In this document: piece after piece, positions 45,330 to 57,875 of the stretch
Numbering within the stretch: position 1 is the stretch's first letter
How the letters are laid out: every line of letters begins with the position of its first letter
Notes under the pieces: generated by a model
The model's database searches: none
The model's input: the letters and a program-made list of their open reading frames with translations, nothing else
What the model was told of the DNA's origin: nothing
NCBI GenBank assembly: GCA_946965045.2
Contig: OX337229.1
Span: 6,076,001-6,140,000, forward strand
DNA from: Epithemia pelagica
Taxonomy: Eukaryota; Protista; Bacillariophyta
Direction of reading: 5' to 3'
Length of the DNA stretch: 64,000 bases
Translations under genes and position numbers: made by a program

Positions 45330-45898
45330 GATGATGATGATGATTCGTTTTGCAATTCGAATAACGTTGGTGTCGTTCTCTCCTCTCTTTCTCTCTATTA
45401 AAATAGAATGGATGGGTTCTTTCTTTCCTTTGTGGCATACAATCGAACATCGAGCTCCGCCATGCAGATTTGGGGGCGTCAACCTCGCTTTTATATACTC
45501 TTTCTGAAATCGTACGAAGTGAGAAATGTGAACAAGGGGAAAATGGGGGGGCACCAAAAGGGCAAGAGAGAGGGGGAGGAGGAGGGTCAGTGGGTGTGAC
45601 ACTGCGCGCGCGTGAGCCGTTCTCCACACAAAATCGTGAGAGAAAAGAGAGAGAAAGAGGAAAGCGCAACCGAGAGCGAAGAGAATCGAGAGCAGCAACA
45701 CGAGGCGTGAAGGAGGACGACGAGAGATTCATGGCTGCAGTATAGTGGTGTGGTTTTGGAAAAACTCAAGCACTGTGAATGTGAATCAAGGCTGGTCGAT
45801 CCATGCTACAATACCATAAGAGTTGTGGGTGATTGATTCTTGATTCCGAACCACGAGGACAAGTTCCATCGTCAAAGAACAACAACAACAACAACAAC

Positions 45899-46591
45899 AT
45901 GTCGTCGTCGTCGTCGTCGTCCGCACCACAACCAGCAGTACCAACGAATGCCACTCCACAAGAACAGCAAGAACAACAAGAACCACATCAACTACTCGAA
46001 TTGCCGACGGAATCGGTTCGATTTGCCGAATTGCAAGCCCTTGTTCGCAGTGCCTTGCACTCGTCGCGGAATCAACTGGTCAGTGCGACGTTGGTCGATC
46101 AAGTCTATGGAACGGACGATGCGGCCATGTTTGGAGGACCCGACGTCTTACATCAAGTGTTGGAATCCATGTTGGATCGGATTCACGATGGTGTGACGGA
46201 ATCCATGGCTCAATTCGTCGTCGAGCAACGGATCGAGCCGCACTTGTTGCACTTGGAAACGGCATTGGCCTGGGTAGCCCAACGACAAGCCTGGCAACAG
46301 CATGACGAACATGTTCATCAACACGAAACGCGTACGGCAGCCGCCGTTGCCAAGGACAAGGGTGGCTTGGAAACCGTCCAACAAGTGGTTCTGGCGCGAA
46401 CGCTCCAGGAATTGCACACGCAACGCGAACAGCTCGAAACACAATTGCAACATGTTCAAACGCAACTCGAGACGGTCCAAGAGCAACACGACGAGGCGAC
46501 CGTGCAGCACGAACGATTGTCGCAGGCATTGACCCAAACGACGAACGAATTGGAAAAATCCGCCAATGTGGGATCCATGATGCAGTCCTAA
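45899..46591 (+). CDS. Coiled-coil protein, Nnf1/PMF1 (Mis12 complex)-like
   Basis: Size, helical N-terminal domain (RFAELQALVRSAL...RIEPHLLHLE) and C-terminal coiled coil. Resemblance judged by eye only. Confidence 0.5.
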   Translation: MSSSSSSSAPQPAVPTNATPQEQQEQQEPHQLLELPTESVRFAELQALVRSALHSSRNQLVSATLVDQVYGTDDAAMFGGPDVLHQVLESMLDRIHDGVTESMAQFVVEQRIEPHLLHLETALAWVAQRQAWQQHDEHVHQHETRTAAAVAKDKGGLETVQQVVLARTLQELHTQREQLETQLQHVQTQLETVQEQHDEATVQHERLSQALTQTTNELEKSANVGSMMQS

Positions 46592-46958
46592 TCCTACTCT
46601 ATTACTACTTGTTCTAGAGAGAGAGAGAGAAGTACGGACTGGATGTGTAGGATTCATTTGTATTCTTTAGCTTTTCATTTCGTTAGCTTCTATGGTTCGT
46701 TTGAGAGTTTCATACACACATCCTACAGGACAGTAGATGGAGTGCCTCTCATAATGCAGCGAGCATCTCAATTCTCTCTGGTCCGCTTTCCCGCGCTTCC
46801 AGAGCATGGCCTGGCGCTGCAAAGAGCGAGCGTGCCATGCATTTCATGGCGCGAGCAGCAGGTCTCGCGCGCCACACAACCTCTCTTGATTATATGCATA
46901 TTTCGTTCCACCCCACAACATCATCATCACTCGTTGGACTACGGATTCTACGACGACC

Positions 46959-48903
46959 ATGGGACGACGCTCTTCTCGAGGGGTATTTGCCACCACCACC
47001 CACCAGTTTCAGGATGATCCCGAGTCGGACCAAGACAATGACGATGAAGAATGGACCAGCCGTCGTGCATCATCATCATCATCATCCTCCCATCGAGCTC
47101 AAGCACCAACACAACGCCCACAACCACAACGACCACAATTGAATACGGCAGAACAATTGTCGCGGTTGCGAGCCTTGGGATTGACGCAGTATACCGAATC
47201 GGATTTGATGCAGTGTCTCAAAGACTGCGACTTTAATCTCGATCGAGCGGCCGAACGTCTCTTGTTGGGACAATTTGTCAGCCGCAAAACCATTCAGTAT
47301 CGCAGCCGGCCCAAGCATCATCATCACAAGAGCATTCCTCCTGCTCCGGCTCCTCGATCCAGCAGCGGCAACAACAGCAACACTCCTCGTGATTCTGGTC
47401 CGGATGTCAAGGCACCACCACCCTCATCATCGTCGTCGTCATCGTCGTCATTCATTCCTCGTACCGCTTCCAAGGCAGCACGACGAAAAGCACCACCACC
47501 GACCGTTACACCTCCCACGAACAGCAGTTGTAGTAGTGCTAGTAGTGCTGGCAGCAGCAGCAGGACGGCCCATCCCTCTCCCCTTCGAACAGAGTCTTGT
47601 TCTACCCACACAACACGGCTGGTCCACAACCCCGCAAAGGGACGCTGGTTATTGTGTCATCGTGTCTTGCCCGATGCCATTTGTCAGACTCGCAATGGAT
47701 CTCTTACCCATGAAGAATCCTTGACCGTGACACCCCTGTTTTCCGCGGGACGACAACACCCCATTGTCCATGTGCGGGGCCAACATATGGAAGGACGCTT
47801 GCCGGACAAGCTGGCACGCCTCTTGGCACCCCTCTTAATGCCGCAGGGCCGCCACCCAAACCACAAGAAGGAACCAGCAGCCCACCAACAACAACAACAA
47901 CCCTATATTCGGGTCGATTGTCAGGCCTACCTGGACGAACAAGGCTTGCAAATGGGCGAACATGTCCCCGTGGCCTTGACTGTCTGGTTGATGGATCCGC
48001 AACGGCTCTTTGCCTTGTTTGAAAATGACAATGACGACAAGAGCAGTGGCTTGTCCTCCCAGGCCCTGTCGCGAGACTTGTTGCGACAGCGACACGGCAA
48101 ATCGCCACCCTGGTATAATTCGTCGTTGTCCCATCCTCCACTCCGGGCGGCCGCCTTTGCCTTGTTGCAATGGGCTCAGTACGGAGAAGACTATACCTCC
48201 ATGGCGCAAGCAGCAGCTGCCGCACCACAAGGCAACAGTACCCAAACTAACCACAACGACCCTCGGGGGGACGATCATGCCGTGGTCGAACTCGAGGAAC
48301 AGGATTTTGAAACCGAAGAAGAAGCACACGCACAAGAAGAAGAAGAAGAAGAAGAGACACGGAAGGACCAGCCGCACGTTGTACCGCCGGAACAGGCCGA
48401 TTGGGCTCGATCCTTGCCCCAAGCCGACAATCCTCCCGGATTCACGGACGGCATGGAACTGCGACCCTATCAAAAACAAGCCTTGTATTGGATGCGACGT
48501 CGCGAAGTCCATGGGACATCCCGCGAGCAACTGCAAGAGGAACTCCATCTCTTGCAAGAATTGGCCCAGGAACAAGAACAAGGACCACCGCAACTGGATG
48601 CGTGGACCGCGAACGACAACGACGACGACAAGACCGGAATTCACTGCGAGTGTGGACCCGTCCTCGTGTCGGCCGCGGCGCAACAACAGAGTACGACTCT
48701 GGAGGGCGACTGCAATCCGCTCGTCCATCCCTTGTGGAAGACTCGCTATCTCGCGTCGCCCGACCGAACGCACGCGGTTTCGTTTTACGTTCAGGAGTTG
48801 CTGGGACTGGCACGCCGTACTCCACCCGCTCCACCCACACCCTGTTCGGGAGGCATTCTCGCCGATGGTACGTACGAATCGTAGTCACGTGTGGAATCCA
48901 CCA

Positions 48904-48942
<39 letters not shown>

Positions 48943-49162
48943 GGGAGACAATCTCTCTCATTCTCTGGAAATGACACCAAGAACCACATGTTGTGTGTCT
49001 CACCCCAATGAGTTGCTCGTGTATTGATTTTTGTTTGGTTGTTTGTTTGTTGAACTGGAACACAGACATGGGCTTGGGGAAAACGGTCATGTTACTGGTA
49101 CGTGACTCACCACTGTTTCTGTGGTATTACAGTTGTTGACACCCACTCTCTCTCTCTCTCAC

Positions 49163-49193
<31 letters not shown>

Positions 49194-51676
49194 GCTCCTT
49201 GTGGATCCCAATCGTATTATACTTGAATAGGGTCTGGTGTTGCAGCAAAAGGCCGACGATGCGGCCCGAAACGACAAGGACGACGACCCACCGACGAGTA
49301 CCACTACCACTACCTTGGTGGTGGCCAAGTTATCCCTCTTGCCCCAATGGGAAGACGAGATTCGTACCAAAACCAACTTGACCTATCGCATCTATTACGG
49401 TAGTAGCAAGGACCCGTATTCCCCAGAGGAATTGGAAGGCGTCGATGTGGTCTTGACCACCTATGGGACCATTCAAGGAGAAGCAAGCCAGGCCACCAAA
49501 AACAAGAACAAGACCAAGCGAGAGGCCGTCTTGTCGTCCATGGCGTGGCGTCGCGTCATTTTGGACGAAGCGCATTGCATCCGGTACGTGGGTCCAGCTA
49601 TTTATATTGTTGTGTTATGTGTACGGAACCAAGACTATTGTGATGATCCACAGGAGATAATGACGACCGTTCTCTCACGACCATTCTGTCTTGTTGTTGT
49701 TGTTGTTGGTTTTCGTACTTGTTTCGTTAGAAATCAACAAACACTAGCGTCCAAAGTGTGTTGCAATCTCACGGCCCAGCACCGTTGGTGTGTCTCGGGG
49801 ACCATTGTAAGTTGGATGTGTGTGTGTCATTGGTCGCTGTTTCTTCGAGATTCCAGACTCTGATGCGTTTTCTTGTTTGTGTTGTGTTGTTTCTGGATAG
49901 ATTCAAAATTCGGTGGCCGATGTGTACGGGATTCTCAAATTTTTGCATCACGAGCCTTGGTCGATACCGTCCTTTTGGCAAAAGGCCATTGCCAAACCCT
50001 TGACGACCAGCGCCACGGGAGGAGCCGATCTCACGGAACAAGAACGGACCGAGGCGTTTAATCTCGTCTTGGGACGACTACGTCGTGTCCTGGCACCCCT
50101 CATGCTCCGACGGACCAAGGATTCCTTGACCAAGGATGGACAGCCCATTCTCTCGTTGCCACCGATTGAAACCAAGGTGATTTCGGTCGAGCTCTCCCAG
50201 CCCGAACGTGACTTTTATAATGCCCTTCGGGCCCGATCGGTGGAACTCTTTGATGGCTTTGTCGGTCGAGGGGAAGCGGCCAAATCCTACTTTAAAATCT
50301 TGTGTTTGATTGCTCGGTTGCGTCAAGCCTGTGATCACATCTCCTTGACGGTACGGTCGCGGTTGGAGGACGACGACGCGACACTCGCGGCATCCTCACA
50401 AGACGAACCGCACGATACGGAACTGGTAGTAGCCACTAGCGGAGCTCCTTCCACTCCACAACAGCAACAAGAGGAAAGTACGGTGCTGGGAACCAACTTT
50501 TTGACCGAGTTGTACGACAAAATCTTTACCAGTCCCACCCCTTCCAGCACCAAGCGCAAACACCCACAAGACGACGACGACAACAACAACAACTCCCAGG
50601 AACCCCACAAGCGTGCCCGACAGCTGTCCTATGCCTCTAGTGTGGCCAATACATTGTCCACGGCCATTGCCAAAAACTTGACCCATGTCGAAGAGGAATG
50701 TCCCATTTGCCTCGAACATCCGCGCATCGAAGATGCCGTCTTGACTCCCTGTGCGCACATTTTTTGCCAAGCCTGTCTCGTGGGCGTCTTGAAAGGACAG
50801 TCTGCCACACGGTCCAGTGGATCGAAAACGAAATCAGTGTCGTCCTTTCACATTCCCAATGGCCCTTGCCCGCTCTGCAACAGTGCCATGGAATCGAACA
50901 AGATTATTGCCATGACCAAATTGGACACGGGCGAGTACACAACACACTTTTTGACGACACCACCGTCTACTATTACTACGACTCCGAAACCTTGCAAGTC
51001 CTTGGCTCGAACCTCGACACTGATGGATCGGAACCACCACACCGGAGCATCCGCCAAGCTCGTGTTGAAAGCTTCGATGGAAGGCACGAGCGATTCGTCC
51101 AAACTGGCCGCCATTGTGAAGGAATTGCATGCCGTGTGGACGATGGATCCCCGGTCCAAAATTATTGTCTTTTCGCAATTTTTGGGCTTTTTGGATTTGT
51201 TGCAAGTTCGATTCCAAAAGGAGGGCATTCCCTTTTTTCGATTGGATGGCAAACTGTCTCTCCACAAACGCATGAAGGTGCTCGAAACCTTTCGATCTTC
51301 CTCGACTGCTTCGAGTTCGAACAGCAGCAGCAACAACAGCAAGAATACTATTGGAACCGTCTTGCTCATGTCCATGGCGGCCGGTGCCGAAGGCTTGAAT
51401 TTGGTGGCGGCCTCGTCCGTCTTTTTGGTGGATCCCTGGTGGAATGGTGCCCGACAAGACCAATGCATTCACCGTATTCATCGCATTGGTCAAACGGCCG
51501 CCGTGGTGCGCGTCCGTCAATTCATTGTCCGGGACAGTGTCGAAGAACGCATGATGGAACTGCAACGACGCAAACAAACCGTGGCGCACGAATTGTATCA
51601 AGATGTCAGACAGGCTGGACCCGATGCCCAAAGTTTGCGATTGAGTCTGGAAGATTTCAAACTCATTTTTCAATAA
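46959..51676 (+). CDS. RAD5: RAD5/HLTF-like SNF2 ATPase with RING finger, 5 exons
   Basis: Inferred exons 46959-48867, 49066-49097, 49231-49583, 49731-49806, 49901-51676. They give GGILADDMGLGKT, VILDEAH, RING CPIC...PCAHIFCQAC...CPLC, IIVFSQF and GLNL. HIRAN-like and UBA-like N-terminal regions. Confidence 0.92.
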
Positions 51677-51832
51677 CACACAAGGAAGGAAAAAAGGAAT
51701 AGAAGCACACACGGGGATGATACTACTACTACTACTACTACTACTACGATAGAATGATTTGGTTATAGGACAGCACCCACGTCCAAAATTGCACTCTAGC
51801 TTTACCATTCGGATTCTTCTTGTCGTCGTCGC

Positions 51833-52477
51833 TTACTGCTCGTATTGTGCGAAATTGTCCGAGGGTGGCATGGGTAGGATTTGGGGGAGGGGAATTGAGG
51901 GCAGGGTCAAAAAGCCATCGACAATCAAGTTTTGACCAAACGAAAAGAATCCGGCCACGGCCACCAACAATCCGACACTGGCCACTTCCTTGGGTACCAA
52001 GGTTTCATACGGTGGCGCGAGCAATCGCAAGACGTACGAGGCTGCCAATCCCAAACTGGCCGCCGTGGCAATCCACAATCCCGTCGCGGTCGAGGCGGCA
52101 TCGCCACTGGTAATCATGGGACCGGACACGGCAACCAAGATGAGGGCGGCAATGGTGGGGCCCATCAAGACCTTGATGTTGGCCAAACTCGGTTCTTGCA
52201 CAAAGGAATACAAGCCTTCCCCAAAGGCTACCACGGCCAAGCCATAATTTTCTTGGCCGGCCACCAAGGCAATCACATCCAAATCTTGAGCCTGCAATTG
52301 TGTGGGAGTAGAAGTACGAACGACGACTGAGGCCGTGGGTGTTGTTGGTACTCTGTGCAGGGTACGAATGGGACGGGCAGGTCCTCCAGGAGCTGTGGTG
52401 AAGGCATCCGTGACCAAGGCGAATGCCACCAAGGCAAATGCCAGCAGCAGCAGTGCAACGGCTGAACCAGAACGCAT
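51833..52477 (-). CDS. Plastid-targeted multi-pass membrane protein, unknown function
   Basis: Signal peptide ending TDA|F followed by a transit-like region and about 4 hydrophobic helices. Confidence 0.75.
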   Translation of the reverse strand: MRSGSAVALLLLAFALVAFALVTDAFTTAPGGPARPIRTLHRVPTTPTASVVVRTSTPTQLQAQDLDVIALVAGQENYGLAVVAFGEGLYSFVQEPSLANIKVLMGPTIAALILVAVSGPMITSGDAASTATGLWIATAASLGLAASYVLRLLAPPYETLVPKEVASVGLLVAVAGFFSFGQNLIVDGFLTLPSIPLPQILPMPPSDNFAQYEQ

Positions 52478-53259
52478 CGTCTCCTTTTTTCCGTTTGTGA
52501 AAATGATTGTCTCTATTATAGCGTAGATATAGTGGTCGAGGCAACAACAAGGGTTCCTGTCGTCGAAATGGAGAGCAAAGAGGTACTTATTCAACTCTTC
52601 ATTGTGGAGAAATCTTTGGAGAGAAATATAATTGTGACGATGGTTTGAGAGATGACGTCAGACAGGGGCGATTCGTGACTGGAGCTTCAGTCCCCCCCAA
52701 TGTCGGGCCAGTCACGAATGTATGTCAGATGTCAGATCGTGCGACTCTTTGTAGTTTTGGACAACTGCACGACCCTGCCGGTCACGCTCGCGCTCGCTGT
52801 CTCTCACACTTTTTCTTCCTCTCTCGCTCCCCGTTTTCCTCCTCGCCAAATTTCAGGCACGACCCCAAGAAGAAAAAGACATCCGAGACACAAAACAAAA
52901 GCGCCCTGCAAGCACCTCCACGACGAACGAAAAGTCTTCACATCTCTCTCTTGATTGCGAGAACGTTCCAAGCTGGAACAACTGGAATCACGAACCAAAC
53001 AATTGACAACAACGAATCTCGTTCCTATCGATCCGTTGGGTCCATTCAAGATCTTTTTACGACCAGAAGTTGCCCGTTATTGCGCGATTGGGACAGGACC
53101 GAACGCAATATCCTATCATCATTACGATCACCATCATCATCCCCCATCTCTATCGCTCTTGTGAGTGAGAACGAGACGGAACCCCGCAACAAGCTAGTTT
53201 CGTCCAACAACGCGTCTTGACATTCTCAACCGTACAATCACATTCTCTAGAGAATCACC

Positions 53260-55173
53260 ATGGGAAATTCGGAGAGCGTCTCGATTGAGATTCAAGTGGA
53301 TTGGCCCAACGATGCCTGTGGTAAGTCACTCTTTCGAACCTCTGCTTGTGTGTGGATCGATTGCCGTGTGTACACACATTCTCCTCATTCATTGATTCAT
53401 TCATGCATCTGGTCCATCTCTCTTGTTTTGTTTCCTATTTCTATATCTATAGTCATTCAGGCCGGCAAACGGTTGCAAGGCCAAGTGGTGGTGACGGTCC
53501 ACCAGGCCGTGACGGATGGATCGCCCGTCAAATTGATTTTGTCGGGCAAGGAAAAGGTGGGACTCAAACTCCGCCGTCGCGATCACAGCATGGTACCGAC
53601 GCAAGCGGAACGACGATTCTTTTCCGTCAGTTTGCCCTTGGCCTTTCAAGAACCACAACGGCAACGACGCATCCAACCAGGTGTCTACAAGTTGCCCTTT
53701 TCCATCAAATTGCCCTCCTCTTTGCCCTCGTCCGATGCCCATCCCAATGCGCACAAAAAGAATAAAGTCGGTTATGCCATTCAATATCGCATGACGGCCA
53801 AAATGGGAAAATTGTACAAGGAATTGTACTTTGACGTCCAATCGTCGCCACTGAGACCGGAAAAGATTCCCTGTCTCATTCAACCCACACAACATCGCAT
53901 TCATTCCATGGGTCTCAGTGAAGAAGGACAAGTCATTCTTGGTGCCTTGGTGCGGAATTCCACCATTGGTCGGGGCAAAAACGTGGAACTTGTCTTGGCG
54001 TGTCGCAACGAATCGGCCGTCCATATCCGGTGTGTGGAAATTCAAGTGGTGGAATTTTTGCGATGGACCCTCGGTCCCCAAACGGAAACCATGGATGTTT
54101 CCAAGGTTCTCAAAACCATCAAAAGTGTCGAATTGCCCTCTTCCTGCAAGGCCCAGTCGCGTCACGAGATTGGCCGAACGTCGACGGGGACCTTGTTTCG
54201 CGAAATTCATGACGAATTGCGGTCCCGTCGGGATCCCATTTTGATTCGCATTCCCGACACGGCCCGAGATACCTACAAGGGTCGGTTGGTCAGTGTGTGG
54301 CATTGTCTCAAAATTACCTTTCACACCCGGTCCCTCTGCAACAATGCCACGGCCGTCGTGCCCATTCATATTGGAACACCGCCCCCGAAACGGTCTCAAA
54401 AACAACCGTCACAACAACAGCAACAACCACAACATCCCGAAGCTCATCCCTTGAGCAATAGTGCTACACTGGTACCCATTTTGGCACCGGGAACTCTTTC
54501 GGCCGTACCAGAGGATGCCGAAGACACACCCCAAGAAAATATGGATCCCAACAATCCAAACAACAACACCAATGGCGAATTTCCATTCATGGTGAATCCC
54601 GACGATTTGATTATATTGGGATCGGCCTCGATTCAACGTCGGACCGATCCGGATGCGGCCAGTGTCGTGACGGCGCCACCGGAAACGTCGGCCGCTCCCA
54701 TTCCCATTTCCGTACCGTCCTTGTTGGCCCGCATGGAGCATGCCGTGAATGAATACGATTTGATTCAAGGCTATTTGCGCGATCGCACCTGGCTCCGTCG
54801 CGTCTTTCAACGATTCAAGCCGCAGGAATACGGTCAAGTCGTGTCGCACGTCAAGGTCGAAGTCGATCAAACCCGAGTGGCCGTTTTGATGGCCCCCCAT
54901 GTCCAGGGCGGCACGGGCTTGACCTGTGAGTTTGCCGCCGCCGCGGTCAAACAATGTGCCGCCTCGTATCGATCCGTCACGACCAAACGACTCTTGCCCC
55001 TCTGTGTCGATCTCCCCCAAAATCATCATTTGATTCTCAAGGAATTGAATGAATGGGAACGCATTGCCACGAGCAATGAATTTGAAGAGGCCCTGCAACA
55101 ACAACCATCACAACAAACAGAATCAGCACAAAAACCACCCGCAGTACAACCACCGGTTGTACCCGTTGGGTAG
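53260..55173 (+). CDS. Arrestin-domain protein, intron 53321-53452
   Basis: MGNS start, LQGQVVVTV...GKEKV, PGVYKLPFSIKLPSSLPSS (arrestin-N). G|gtaagt...tatag|tc restores the frame. Confidence 0.82.
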   Translation: MGNSESVSIEIQVDWPNDACGKSLFRTSACVWIDCRVYTHSPHSLIHSCIWSISLVLFPISISIVIQAGKRLQGQVVVTVHQAVTDGSPVKLILSGKEKVGLKLRRRDHSMVPTQAERRFFSVSLPLAFQEPQRQRRIQPGVYKLPFSIKLPSSLPSSDAHPNAHKKNKVGYAIQYRMTAKMGKLYKELYFDVQSSPLRPEKIPCLIQPTQHRIHSMGLSEEGQVILGALVRNSTIGRGKNVELVLACRNESAVHIRCVEIQVVEFLRWTLGPQTETMDVSKVLKTIKSVELPSSCKAQSRHEIGRTSTGTLFREIHDELRSRRDPILIRIPDTARDTYKGRLVSVWHCLKITFHTRSLCNNATAVVPIHIGTPPPKRSQKQPSQQQQQPQHPEAHPLSNSATLVPILAPGTLSAVPEDAEDTPQENMDPNNPNNNTNGEFPFMVNPDDLIILGSASIQRRTDPDAASVVTAPPETSAAPIPISVPSLLARMEHAVNEYDLIQGYLRDRTWLRRVFQRFKPQEYGQVVSHVKVEVDQTRVAVLMAPHVQGGTGLTCEFAAAAVKQCAASYRSVTTKRLLPLCVDLPQNHHLILKELNEWERIATSNEFEEALQQQPSQQTESAQKPPAVQPPVVPVG

Positions 55174-55247
55174 ATACCAAAACCAGAAGGACGATACGAC
55201 TGTTTTCTAATGTTAGTGTACCATTAATTCTACAAGAGTCTGCTATT

Positions 55248-56348
55248 CTATTTCGTATTCTTTGTTTCCGTATGTCGGTCCAAGACCATTTGGGCAATGA
55301 CACAATCCTGGAGCGAGACTCCCGACGAGTCGACCAGAAACAATCGATCATCGGTCGCGTCGTCGTCCTTGTTGTGGTTGGAGGATTGTTGGTGTCGTCG
55401 ATGAAGGGTGGAATCTTGAATGGCGTGTCCCAAGGAATAAATGTCGTCGTTTGGGTGGCAGTATTGAAATTCTCCCCGGTGTCGCGATTGGGGAACGCAA
55501 TCGGCCACTTTGACCGGAGCCTGGGCCACAAGATGTGGGTGCAATTCTTGTTTGCCCGGTGCGTCAGATCCAATGGCGACAATGAGTCGCGCTCGGCGTG
55601 GTTGTGGTTGGTTGTGGTTGTTGTCCTCCATCAGGGAACAGCCCAAGACGGGTTTCCGGGCACTGGTGGTGGTCACAATCACGTCGCACTGCTGCAGCAA
55701 ATCGTCGGCCTGATTTACACTGGAAACGGCCCATCCCTTGCTCGTCAGTTCGGTTTGCAAGGTTTGAACATGAGCTTTGGTCCGTCCCCAGAGAACTACG
55801 GTGCGACAGCATGTCACGGTTTGAATCAATTCGAGTTGATAGCGGGCTTGTACACCGGTTCCCACCATGCCAATGGCTTGAATGGAACCACCACCAAAAT
55901 ACTCAATGGCCAAGGCTCCCACGGCAGCCGTTCGCAATTCCGTCAAGAGTCCCTCATCCAACAACAAGGCTTGCAATTGACCCGTGCGTTGCGAATAGAC
56001 TTGCATCAAACCACTATTAGTGGGCCAGGGATGGCCTCCACTGGCCACTTTAATCACGAACGAGGCATGATTGCGAAAATAACCCGATTTGATGCACACT
56101 TGTGCAGCATACAAGTTGTCGTCCACGTCGTCCTCGTGGACAAACGGTGCCAGGGGTGGTGCTCCCAAGGTTTGAATGGGAGCGGCACAAAAGTCACCGC
56201 GTTCGAACGCCACAAAGCCTTGCGCCATGGCAGCAATCAATTCGGTTCGAAAGGCATGGTCTTGAACAATGCGTTCAATCTCGTCGAGCTGCAAAATTTG
56301 GATCGACGAGGAGGAGGAGGAGGATGGATCCGACGACAAGGACGCCAT
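55248..56348 (-). CDS. OCD: Ornithine cyclodeaminase / mu-crystallin family
   Basis: LLTELRTAAVGA, GMVGTGVQARYQ, DVIVTTT, IVAIGSDAPGKQEL, DSSGVSLQD. Confidence 0.9.
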   Translation of the reverse strand: MASLSSDPSSSSSSSIQILQLDEIERIVQDHAFRTELIAAMAQGFVAFERGDFCAAPIQTLGAPPLAPFVHEDDVDDNLYAAQVCIKSGYFRNHASFVIKVASGGHPWPTNSGLMQVYSQRTGQLQALLLDEGLLTELRTAAVGALAIEYFGGGSIQAIGMVGTGVQARYQLELIQTVTCCRTVVLWGRTKAHVQTLQTELTSKGWAVSSVNQADDLLQQCDVIVTTTSARKPVLGCSLMEDNNHNQPQPRRARLIVAIGSDAPGKQELHPHLVAQAPVKVADCVPQSRHRGEFQYCHPNDDIYSLGHAIQDSTLHRRHQQSSNHNKDDDATDDRLFLVDSSGVSLQDCVIAQMVLDRHTETKNTK

Positions 56349-56593
56349 GGTCTTTTTCTGGGTTGAGATCTTTTTTTGGATCTTCTTTGGAGCGTGACTC
56401 ACGGGCGACAGGAGTCACGAACAGACATTCTTGACTGCCCCCGGGCATGCTGACATCATCATCCGGGTTCTGTTGATGATTTTGTTCAGATACCATCCTA
56501 TTTCAGCAACGCTCCTTCTCTCGATCTATCCTTCCAATAGACTGCATCCATCCATCTTTATCCTTCTTCTCATCCTTCTTCTTTATCATCATC

Positions 56594-57295
56594 ATGTTGT
56601 TGTTGACTCGTTTGATTCGAGCCAATCAAGGGTTGCTGCAACACAAGTTGGCCTTGATGGAGGCCTTGCAAGTCAAGCACGGACCACCACACGCCCAAGA
56701 CGTCTTTTGCCAACAGTGTCCCATTGCCAAGGCGTCCATCGGACAACATGTCCGACATAGTATGGATCATATCCAACGAGTCGTGGCCGCCATGGAACAA
56801 CAAACGAATAATGCGAATACGACTTTGCAACCACAACACCAGCAAGACGGCACTCCCAATAATACATCGACCATTCGCATTCACTACGATACTCGCGAAC
56901 GAGGGTTGTTGGAAGAACGCGACATGGGGGTGGCCCACGACCGAATTCAAGACGTGTTGCAGGCCTTGACCCGCCTCGATGAGAATCATCAACACATTTC
57001 CGTCTTGGATCCCCGTCGTGTCCACGCCTGCTTTTTTCTGAATGATAGTGACAAGGAAATTACCTTGCCGACCACCTTGGCGCGCGAATTGGGATTTGCC
57101 GCCCATCATGCCATTCATCATTTGGCCATGATTCAAATTATTGCCACCACATCGGGGGGATTGGCGCGACACGAGTTGCCCGATGGATTTGGCAAGGCGC
57201 CCAGTACACTGCTCTATGAACAAACACAACAACAACAACAAGATCAACAAGAAGAAACCACGCGCAGTGCCTCGTCGTCATCGTCGTCGTCTTGA
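56594..57295 (+). CDS. DinB-superfamily protein
   Basis: SIGQHVRHSMDH, YDTRERG, RELGFAAHHAIHHLAMI, FGKAPST. Confidence 0.8.
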   Translation: MLLLTRLIRANQGLLQHKLALMEALQVKHGPPHAQDVFCQQCPIAKASIGQHVRHSMDHIQRVVAAMEQQTNNANTTLQPQHQQDGTPNNTSTIRIHYDTRERGLLEERDMGVAHDRIQDVLQALTRLDENHQHISVLDPRRVHACFFLNDSDKEITLPTTLARELGFAAHHAIHHLAMIQIIATTSGGLARHELPDGFGKAPSTLLYEQTQQQQQDQQEETTRSASSSSSSS

Positions 57296-57875
57296 GGAGA
57301 GAAGCATTGCAAGCATGCTCCTTTTGTTTTTTCTCGTTGGAGCTGTACTGCTGTTTGTTTCTGCTTTTGTTCTTTGTTCTTGGCCAGTTGTCTTGGATGC
57401 GCAGAGAACCAAAGGTCCATGGACGACACACTCTACGAGAAGATGGAGCAACCGCGTCCACGACGACGAGAACAACAGCCACCACCACAATTGCAGGACA
57501 GTGCTATAGCTAAACTAGGTAGTTTAGAGTAGATTCCAGACCACACAAGGCTCACGAAACAACGCTGCATCATCGTAGAGGATAGTGTGTGTGTATATGT
57601 CGGATTTCTTTGGTTTGGCCAGAACGAACCGCGGGTTCTTGGCAAAAAAGTGCTGCCTACCACGAAAAGATCGCGTCTCCTTACGGATGCATGGCCAGAC
57701 GGAAGATACCACAGACAGTGATGTGGTCAGTGCTTCCCGACCACATCCCCACCATTCATCCATCCCAAATCCCATCAAGTGTGGACCATGGTCGTCGTCG
57801 TTGTCTCTCTCTCCATGACACACTATAATACCTACAGCTCTATATAGAAGAAAGACCAACACGACAACCACCACC

